Shown here: piece by piece, positions 1-6,894 of the stretch | Layout of the letters: each line of letters begins with the position of its first letter | How positions within the stretch are numbered: the first letter of the stretch is position 1 | Assembly: GCA_963719505.1 (NCBI GenBank) | Contig: CAVRCF010000001.1 | Coordinates: forward strand, 1,184,001-1,248,000 | Direction of reading: 5' to 3' | DNA: 64,000 bases | Source of the DNA: Halobacteriovoraceae bacterium | Lineage (GTDB): Bacteria; Bdellovibrionota; Bacteriovoracia; Bacteriovoracales; Bacteriovoracaceae | Notes under the pieces: model-generated | The model's input: only the letters and a program-made list of their open reading frames with translations | Database searches by the model: none | What the model was told of the DNA's origin: nothing | Position numbers and translations under genes: made by a program

Positions 1-1125
1 CATTATGATGTATAATTCGTCTCGATGCTGCTTTTTTACGATTATCGAATCATGTACAGTCAGACAAGCGATCTCTTTACTATTTAGCACCTTTATACAC
101 TCTATCATGATGCTAGAATCTTCTTTCTGTAGTCTAGTTCCTTCTTGTCTGTAGAAGAACTCAGAAATGGCTTTATGCTTATCTTCAATCGCTGCAACAA
201 GAGCTACAACCTTCTTTCTAACCCTCTTTAGGTTAAATTCATCAAATCCTTCTTGAAGCTTATTAAAAATCGAATTCACAGCAACCCCGTAAGATTTAGA
301 ATTTAACATTATTAAAAGGGCTATTTTGATATCATCTCTCGAGAATCCATGGATGTTATAAATATCTTCAGGTCTTTTAACATCCTTTGCTAGATACAGA
401 AGGGTTGGGTGCAGAGCTTTAAAATCGATTTCTACCGTTGCTTCGTTGTCAAATGTGATCGTTTCTCTTTCGGATTTTGATAAATTCGTGCAGCTATTAT
501 AGATTCGGCCGCCTAAATTCAAATCGGAAGAACTATAGACAATGCTGAGTTCCAGAGAACATAAAGGCCTGAAGGCTGTATCAATGATAGTGTTGTTTAG
601 AAGCTCTACGTGTTTGCTCATTATCGAGTCTCGGTACTGGATCTCAGTTTTTTTATCAGCATCTATTTGGACTTGGACCTTAGTCTTTATACCTTTTTTG
701 GATTTGTCTTTTTCCTGAGCCCGGGCTCCTCTCCAAATCACCGTCCTAACTAACACCTTATCTATCTCATCCTTATTTTCAGCAAATATCTTTTCGAGTT
801 TCTGGGTACGCTTTATTCTTGTTGGTATCTTTTGCTTCTCACTTACTGAATGCATCACTAGAGTCACATAGGCATTATTATGAAGCCACTCTATAATAGG
901 CGATACTGTATACTGATTAAAACTTAATGTCCTGAATTTAGACACTCCAACCAATTCATGCTCGAGATAAAGATTGATTAAAGTTAAGTGAAGGAAATCG
1001 CGGTGCTTATGCCCTCTAAGCTTTTTACCTAAAGATTTGATGTATTCATCGTAAATCAAATCTGTAACTATCCCTGAAAAAGGCTTGATATAATCTCTGA
1101 ATTTCTTGTAATCAACTTGATACAT
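1..1125 (-). CDS. Family A polymerase-like protein (TV-Pol-like palm domain), C-terminus runs off the window
   Basis: Hand-translated open frame from ATG 1125 (GGAG RBS 6 nt upstream; in-frame ATG also at 1170) to position 1 with no stop. Motifs in order: LGGRIY, EIDFKALHP (motif A), R..IK (motif B), RLQKEDS, LTVHDSII (motif C). Absent from the ORF track because the stop is outside the window. Confidence 0.75.
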   Translation of the reverse strand, partial: MYQVDYKKFRDYIKPFSGIVTDLIYDEYIKSLGKKLRGHKHRDFLHLTLINLYLEHELVGVSKFRTLSFNQYTVSPIIEWLHNNAYVTLVMHSVSEKQKIPTRIKRTQKLEKIFAENKDEIDKVLVRTVIWRGARAQEKDKSKKGIKTKVQVQIDADKKTEIQYRDSIMSKHVELLNNTIIDTAFRPLCSLELSIVYSSSDLNLGGRIYNSCTNLSKSERETITFDNEATVEIDFKALHPTLLYLAKDVKRPEDIYNIHGFSRDDIKIALLIMLNSKSYGVAVNSIFNKLQEGFDEFNLKRVRKKVVALVAAIEDKHKAISEFFYRQEGTRLQKEDSSIMIECIKVLNSKEIACLTVHDSIIVKKQHRDELYIIM

Positions 1126-1155
1126 TATTCTCTCCATTTGAAGTTTCAAAAAATG

Positions 1156-1184
1156 TTGAAACTTGGCCATAGCTCCATTATACC
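1156..1184 (-). repeat. Copy 3 of island motif (GGTATAATGGAGCTATGGCCAAGTTTCAA), overlapping a sigma70-like promoter of the polymerase gene
   Basis: 14/14 identity (GAGCTATGGCCAAG) to the copy at 6505-6537; TCGAGA-17-TATAAT on the minus strand; overlaps a 9-bp inverted repeat at 1141-1164. Confidence 0.65.
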
Positions 1185-1237
1185 TTCGAAGATTTTTTCT
1201 CTCGATGCCCCATAAACATTGGTCTTCAGAGTCTTTT

Positions 1238-1250
1238 TAAGTGATTGATT
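1238..1250 (-). promoter_or_regulatory. IHF-like binding site
   Basis: Minus strand AATCAATCACTTA matches WATCAANNNNTTR exactly; lies in a divergent intergenic region of the island. Confidence 0.4.
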
Positions 1251-1413
1251 TCCCTTCCTTAAATTACAAAGTGTCAAATAGCTGAACAGCTTCACCATTC
1301 AAAGTGTTTAGTTTGAATACAAAGCCTTGAGCTCTGAGTTTTTGATTATTTTCGTCTCGAACTAAAAAGGTATATTTACAGAAACAGAGAAGAAAGAAAC
1401 AAAAGGAGTTCAG

Positions 1414-1905
1414 ATGAGGTTGATATGTATGATAATTTTATTTTTTGCTAGTTTAGAGGTTTTTTGCCAAAGCCATATTGTGAGGCAAGGTGAGAAACTT
1501 GAAAACATTGTTTCTGAGAGATCCGGGCTTAGTGGATATGATCTGATTCTTGAGGTAGGTAGAATTTCTGCTCTCAATGAGCTTGGCAACCCTCATCATA
1601 TTGAACCTGGCCAGATTATCTCGTTCGATCCTGAAGAAAAATCAAAGAGAACTATTAAAACGATCGTTAAAAAAGTCTATATCGTCACCCCAGAAAAACT
1701 AAACACCCTTTCAACTTCATTCGGTCTATCTCGAACCCAAGCTAACTGGAGGGTCGATGCAAATCAAAGAGATGTGAATATAAGTTATGAGTGGGAAACA
1801 AATGTTCGTCTTAATTACATACGTCATTTTAAAAATTCTGACTTCAATGCTGGAGGTTATATCGGAAACTCTGAATTTGGAGCATCTATCGGTTGGGATT
1901 TCTAA
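1414..1905 (+). CDS. Secreted LysM-domain protein with beta-strand C-terminus
   Basis: Signal peptide; HIVRQGEKLENI...LNELGNPHHIEPGQII LysM pattern; ends in IGWDF; AGGAG RBS. Confidence 0.65.
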   Translation: MRLICMIILFFASLEVFCQSHIVRQGEKLENIVSERSGLSGYDLILEVGRISALNELGNPHHIEPGQIISFDPEEKSKRTIKTIVKKVYIVTPEKLNTLSTSFGLSRTQANWRVDANQRDVNISYEWETNVRLNYIRHFKNSDFNAGGYIGNSEFGASIGWDF

Positions 1906-1970
1906 TAAAGGTATATTTTACTTGTGAATAATACACGCACAATGCCTGAGTAGGCAAAGAGAGGTTTTTT

Positions 1971-2636
1971 ATGTTTAAGTTATTGAAAAAGGGAATCAAG
2001 ATTATTGTTCTAACTGTCATCGCACTGATTTTAGGTTTTAAAATGTGCTCCGGTCCAGACAAAGAAGTTATTAAAAAAACACCACAACCAGAAGAATCAT
2101 TGTCTTTTAAGATTCCCAAAAGCTTGGTTGGTAAGCAAATTTATACATGCGATATTCAATCTTTGTACAATGTAGAAGTGACTGCTGAATGTGCATGTAC
2201 TCAAAGCGAGTGCAATTTCAAAGTTAAGCCTATCGATTTGTTTTGGAGTGCTGATTTAAAATTAAATATTGGAGATGGAAATACAATCTATCGCTCTTAC
2301 AAAAGAGATAGGGATTATTCAGGAAGTTGTACTGGATCTAGTTTTAGCGGGTGCGATAATTGGGAAAAAAGAAAAGAAGAAGTTATAGATAGTAAAGAAA
2401 CTATTCATAAACTAAAAGTTAATAGATGGATTGAAAGATATGCACAGAGAGAAAAAGAGAAAACCTGTGAAATTTCTGAGCAAATCAACGCTGAAGTGAC
2501 TACTGAATGTGCATGTACCAAAACAGAGTGTCTTGTCGGGATCACTCCAACGTATGATAAATGGGATGTAGAGCTCAAAATCAGTACCAAAGATAAAAAG
2601 CCCAAGTTCTACCGATTACATTCAAAAAGAAAATAA
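1971..2636 (+). CDS. Membrane-anchored Cys-rich protein with internal duplication
   Basis: N-terminal TM helix; TC.I....N.EVT.ECACT..EC repeated twice; GAGG RBS. Confidence 0.7.
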   Translation: MFKLLKKGIKIIVLTVIALILGFKMCSGPDKEVIKKTPQPEESLSFKIPKSLVGKQIYTCDIQSLYNVEVTAECACTQSECNFKVKPIDLFWSADLKLNIGDGNTIYRSYKRDRDYSGSCTGSSFSGCDNWEKRKEEVIDSKETIHKLKVNRWIERYAQREKEKTCEISEQINAEVTTECACTKTECLVGITPTYDKWDVELKISTKDKKPKFYRLHSKRK

Positions 2637-2697
2637 AGAGCACGTCTTAAATAAATTGTATTAGGCCCTACGGGGCTTAATTCCTTAAGGAGGAAAG

Positions 2698-3951
2698 ATG
2701 AAAAAAATATTTTTTTTACTATTAACAATATCTAGTTTGATCTCGTGTAGCAAAAAGGAAGACACGAAATTAGTTGATGCATTCGACATTCCACCAGTTA
2801 AGCAAACTAATAATACGCCTGTGAGTTCTAATGATTCAGTTCTAACGAGGTTCAATAGAGTTTATAATGACTCTCTACAAGCTTCTGATAGCGATTCTGA
2901 CCCACTTGTGTATTCATTGGTGACTAATGCCTCAAATGGAGTTGTTGTAATTACAGATAGCTCTTCAGGCTCTTATACATATACTCCCAATACTGGTCAT
3001 GTAGGAGCTGATAGTTTTGAGTTTAAAGTAAACGATGGAACAGAAGACTCTAACACTTCTCTTGTGAACATTGACGTTAAAAACCCCGAAACAATCTATG
3101 TCGGCACTAGCAATGGACTATCAATTTCTACTGATGGCGGTTTAACTTTTGTAAATAGACTGGAGACTTTAGATGTTAAAGATATTCAAATAACGGAGTC
3201 GGGCGATATCTATGTCGGAACAAACTTCGACATTTATATTTCTACTGATGGAGGTTCAACCTTTACTTCAAGATACTATGGTAGTGATGATTTCGTTAGT
3301 ATGTATATTGACAGCTCAGGCGCTATCTTTGTTGCGACAGACTGGGAACTGCTAAAGTCTACAAATAACGGACTGTCATTCAATTCTTTACTCTCTTCTT
3401 CATTGTTACAATCGGTAGATGGCGATGATTCAGGAAATATTTATGTTAGTTATGAGCTCTTTGGTTTTTCTATCTCTACTGATGGAGGAAGCAACTTTAC
3501 TAATTATTCAACAGCAAATGGACTTGGAAGTGATGATTTGTTTTCTTCTTTTGTAGATACTAACGGAACAATCTATGCATCAACCTTTAACGGTTTATCA
3601 ATTTCGACTGATGGAGGAAGTAACTTTACTAACTATACAACTGTAAATGGACTTGGAAGTGATGATTTGTTTTCTTCTTTTGTAGATACTAACGGAACAA
3701 TCTATGCATCAACCTTTAACGGTTTATCAATTTCGACTGATGGAGGAAGTAACTTTACTAACTATACAACTGTAAATGGACTTGGATCTAATCAAATAAC
3801 TTCAGTTTTTGCTGATGGCTTTGGTGGTGTTTACGTAGGAACTGTTAATAGTTTCAATATATCATTCGATAGTGGAGAGACTTTCATTAATTTAACAACA
3901 GCTGCCGGTTTAGCCGGTAATGGCGTCAGTGAATTAGTAGTAATAGAGTAG
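2698..3951 (+). CDS. Lipoprotein with cadherin/Ig-like domain and BNR/Asp-box beta-propeller repeats
   Basis: Lipobox LISC; DSDSDPLVYSL...YTYTPN..HVGADSFEFKVNDG Ig-like motif; repeated ISTDGG.xF Asp-boxes. Confidence 0.8.
   Translation: MKKIFFLLLTISSLISCSKKEDTKLVDAFDIPPVKQTNNTPVSSNDSVLTRFNRVYNDSLQASDSDSDPLVYSLVTNASNGVVVITDSSSGSYTYTPNTGHVGADSFEFKVNDGTEDSNTSLVNIDVKNPETIYVGTSNGLSISTDGGLTFVNRLETLDVKDIQITESGDIYVGTNFDIYISTDGGSTFTSRYYGSDDFVSMYIDSSGAIFVATDWELLKSTNNGLSFNSLLSSSLLQSVDGDDSGNIYVSYELFGFSISTDGGSNFTNYSTANGLGSDDLFSSFVDTNGTIYASTFNGLSISTDGGSNFTNYTTVNGLGSDDLFSSFVDTNGTIYASTFNGLSISTDGGSNFTNYTTVNGLGSNQITSVFADGFGGVYVGTVNSFNISFDSGETFINLTTAAGLAGNGVSELVVIE
3516..3786 (+). repeat. Exact 129-bp (43-aa) in-frame tandem duplication, 2.1 copies
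   Basis: Unit starting AAATGGACTTGGA at 3516, 3645 and partially 3774; nucleotide-identical. Confidence 0.95.
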
Positions 3952-3974
3952 AAGTGTAAATTTCCAGATTTGAT

Positions 3975-4175
3975 CTATCTTATGACTTGAACTGGAACCG
4001 CATATCTCTCATTATTCGATATCTGGGATTCAACAGTCCCAGATATATTAACATGACTGTAATCAATTACTTTTTCTATTCTTGAATACATAATCACATT
4101 AATGATTAAAATAAATAAAAGTAGGACGTTTGATCGTTCTGTCCAGATTTGTTGTACAATTTTGTTATCTTTCAT
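3975..4175 (-). CDS. Small single-TM hypothetical protein
   Basis: 66 aa, hydrophobic VLLLFILIINVIMY, GGGAG RBS. Confidence 0.55.
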   Translation of the reverse strand: MKDNKIVQQIWTERSNVLLLFILIINVIMYSRIEKVIDYSHVNISGTVESQISNNERYAVPVQVIR

Positions 4176-4341
4176 TTTTAACTCCCATTACTCACTAATT
4201 TTAACATGAATTCTCTTATTCAGAGTGAGACTTTGTCTTAATTTATATTAAGCCTCAAGTCGTTAATCCAATATCTTCATATTAAGATGAAATTAATCCC
4301 GTTTTATTGTATAGTATCTATATCAAGTACTAAAGGAACTT

Positions 4342-5010
4342 ATGAAACTCGTTTTCATTTCGGACACTCATTCTAAACATCGTGAGCTAGGCAAGCTTGC
4401 TGGAGACATCCTTATTCACTCGGGTGACTTCACCACGAAGGGAGAACTAGAACAAGTTATAGACTTCGTTGATTATCTCTCCAGTTTAGAATTTAAAAAC
4501 ATCATAGTCATCTCCGGTAATCATGATTTCTGCATGGAATCAAATAGCGATATTAGAGAAGAGTGTGAAAAGATATTTAAAGATGCGGGAATAATATATC
4601 TCAATGATAGTGGAGTTACGATAGAAGGCCTTAAGTTTTTTGGATCTCCAGTATCTCCGCATTTTGCAGGATGGGGGTTCGAAAAGACTCGCGGTACTGA
4701 TATTAAGAAGCATTGGGATTTAATACCAGCTGATACTGATATTCTAATAACTCATGGTCCAGCGTTCGGTCTTTTAGACAGAACTCTCGACGGAACAAAC
4801 GTAGGCTGTGAGGACCTCAGAGAGCGTATTCACGAAATTAAGCCCTTAATCCATGGTTGCGGCCATATACATGAAGCATACGGCGAATTGGAGTCTGAGG
4901 GGACATTGTTTATAAACGCTTCTTCCTTAGATATTTTTTATCGCTGTATAAATGATCCAATCGTCGTTGATCTTAAAAAAGACAAGGACGGAAAATACTC
5001 ATACAGATAG
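4342..5010 (+). CDS. Calcineurin-like metallophosphoesterase (MPPED/239FB-like)
   Basis: ISDTH, HSGDFT, SGNHD, ITHGP, CGHIHE motifs. Confidence 0.9.
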   Translation: MKLVFISDTHSKHRELGKLAGDILIHSGDFTTKGELEQVIDFVDYLSSLEFKNIIVISGNHDFCMESNSDIREECEKIFKDAGIIYLNDSGVTIEGLKFFGSPVSPHFAGWGFEKTRGTDIKKHWDLIPADTDILITHGPAFGLLDRTLDGTNVGCEDLRERIHEIKPLIHGCGHIHEAYGELESEGTLFINASSLDIFYRCINDPIVVDLKKDKDGKYSYR

Positions 5011-5051
5011 TAACGACTAGCAAAGAAATAGATTTAACAACTCTGATAGGA

Positions 5052-5285
5052 ATGACTGTCACGGTGAGTGATGAACATGAAAAGTTAACCACTGACGAGA
5101 AAACTGAAATCGTAATACTTTTAAGGGAAATTGGTCATATGTATGACTTTGCTGAAGAGGGGACCGAAATAGTTACCAAGATCTATGAAGATATTTACTT
5201 CTCTTATATTAAAATATCTCAAAACTCTGATATTTCCAAAGGTGAACTAAATATGCTAATTTCTAAGCTTGCTTCAGTTAAGTAG
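5052..5285 (+). CDS. Hypothetical protein
   Basis: 77-aa ORF, co-oriented downstream of the phosphoesterase. Confidence 0.5.
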   Translation: MTVTVSDEHEKLTTDEKTEIVILLREIGHMYDFAEEGTEIVTKIYEDIYFSYIKISQNSDISKGELNMLISKLASVK

Positions 5286-5305
5286 TTCCACTAAACTTGA
5301 GCAAC

Positions 5306-5701
5306 CTATTTATCTTCACTAGATATAGTCTGAATCTTATCGATATTCATTAATAATATAAGCTCTATATTAAAGCTCTGATGTACAAGGCAACGGAACT
5401 CCTCAAATGAATCTGAGTGTTTGATGGCAAAATCAATAAGTGTCTGATTATCTGGTCTTTTGAGACATGTATTGATGGTTAATCCGTCAGACTTAATGAT
5501 ATGTAAAATCCCTCGCATAAATTTAGGGAAATAACCTTCTCCACAGTATTCCAATACAAGTTTGTATTCATCGGTATTCAGAACATCTGCAATCGCTTCC
5601 CTGGATAGGGAAGTGTAAAAATTCAAAATATTTGAGATGTCTAAAGCTTTATTGTAAGCCTGGTTATTGTAAAAAAGCTCACCTTGATCATATAGTTTCA
5701 T
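5306..5701 (-). CDS. Hypothetical protein, paralog of 5688-6086
   Basis: Start reassigned to ATG 5701 (GGAGG RBS); aligns by eye with its neighbour (LNFY, G...II..DG, SF..FR). Confidence 0.7.
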   Translation of the reverse strand: MKLYDQGELFYNNQAYNKALDISNILNFYTSLSREAIADVLNTDEYKLVLEYCGEGYFPKFMRGILHIIKSDGLTINTCLKRPDNQTLIDFAIKHSDSFEEFRCLVHQSFNIELILLMNIDKIQTISSEDK

Positions 5702-6086
5702 GACTCTTATCCTCCGAATTTTTTGTAATAAATGTTTTAAGTACATCTACAAAAGCAAAAGCTAACAGAACTCGGAATGATGCAAAGGACTTAGAATTTT
5801 TCGCACAGTAATCCACAATCATATCTTTTGTTTTGTTAGACAAAGTCGTTTCTGTCTTAGCTCCGTCATCTGTAATGATTGTTATTAGCCCTTTGTAGTG
5901 AATTATCTGGAAGTGACCATACATTTCAAGTAACTCCTCTCCAACTGATTTATTCAATTCATCTACTATTGTTTCGTTTGTTGTAGGGATTGGCATATAG
6001 AAATTGAGGACTATAACTTTATCTGCCGCAGCGGATATGTTTCCGTTGTCATAATCTTCCTTTGCTTGATTATACAATATTTGCAT
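5688..6086 (-). CDS. Hypothetical protein, paralog of 5306-5701
   Basis: Start reassigned to ATG 6086 (AAGGA RBS); overlaps next gene start, suggesting coupling. Confidence 0.7.
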   Translation of the reverse strand: MQILYNQAKEDYDNGNISAAADKVIVLNFYMPIPTTNETIVDELNKSVGEELLEMYGHFQIIHYKGLITIITDDGAKTETTLSNKTKDMIVDYCAKNSKSFASFRVLLAFAFVDVLKTFITKNSEDKSHETI

Positions 6087-6345
6087 CAGCTTTTTCCTTG
6101 TTATATTGTGTGCAAAATTCACTTTACAATATAGATTGTAACACACTGCGCTGGAGTTTGCAACGCTTCTTGTCAGATTTATAGTTTTCAACCTCCAAAA
6201 ATTCAAAAAACCTCATAAAATTACTAAATACCTAAATTTATCCTCATAAAACTCATCAAAATCTCTAAATACCCTAATAAAGATATTTCAAACTCTCTTG
6301 ATGCCTTGCTGTAGGAGCTCTCAGTCTATCTGGTTTTTTTCTGTG

Positions 6346-6537
6346 CGGTATAATTAGAGCTATGGGCAAGATTTGAAGAATTTCTTCAGAGTTCTGAAAG
6401 TCTGTATTGGATTACTAATGCTGATCTCAATCATTGGAAGAGATCAAAAGGCCAAGGATGGTCAATATCCAATCAAAAACTCAAAGCAAACTAGCAATTT
6501 AGTCCGGCATTGTTAGAGCTATGGCCAAGATTTGAAG
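6346..6537 (+). repeat. Two 33-bp direct repeats (6346-6378, 6505-6537; 29/33 identical, period 159)
   Basis: CGGTATAATTAGAGCTATGGGCAAGATTTGAAG versus CGGCATTGTTAGAGCTATGGCCAAGATTTGAAG. Confidence 0.9.
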
Positions 6538-6609
6538 GTTTTATAAGTCCCTAAAAACCCACTTTATTGACACTTTAATGAGTAAAATCTATTATTTAGG
6601 CAACTTTAG

Positions 6610-6634
6610 GGTTCGAATCCTGCTGGTTGCGCCA
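6610..6634 (+). other. Duplicated tRNA 3' end (attR-type site), probably tRNA-Arg
   Basis: GGTTCGAATCCTGCTGGTTGCGCCA = T-loop, 3' T-stem, acceptor strand, discriminator G, CCA; the upstream sequence does not form the 5' half of a tRNA. Confidence 0.85.
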
Positions 6635-6894
6635 TTTATCTTATAACTTCTCCAAAATGACCGATTTACCCATTATGACACGCTAAAGTTGTGTAGATAA
6701 AAACAATGTTCGTCGCGTTATATCCTACCAAATGTTAAATACTATAGTTTTAAATCTTGATAGGATACTCAATCGGTAAGGCATAAAAATTATCCTTGCT
6801 AGGTAAGTTTTGATACCCTTTAACGGTGTAGGACTAAAAATGATAAAATCTAACGAGTTAAGGACTTAATCATTTTTAGAAAAACAGGGACGTA

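Larger units (their letters stand above)
1..6634. mobile_element. Right portion of a tRNA-integrated genomic island / phage-satellite-like element (left end and integrase lie outside the window)
   Basis: Bounded by an isolated tRNA 3' fragment at 6610-6634; contains a polymerase-like gene and only orphan/envelope cargo; ordinary chromosomal genes follow from 6895. Confidence 0.75.

Noticed and set aside
6087-6206. N-terminal extension of ORF 5688-6206
   Set aside because: Paralog alignment and RBS support ATG 6086
6346-6537. Direct repeats as a minimal CRISPR array
   Set aside because: Only two copies, a 126-nt spacer, and no cas genes in the window
6560-6634. Complete tRNA gene
   Set aside because: Only the 3' 25 nt fit; no D-arm, anticodon arm or 5' acceptor strand
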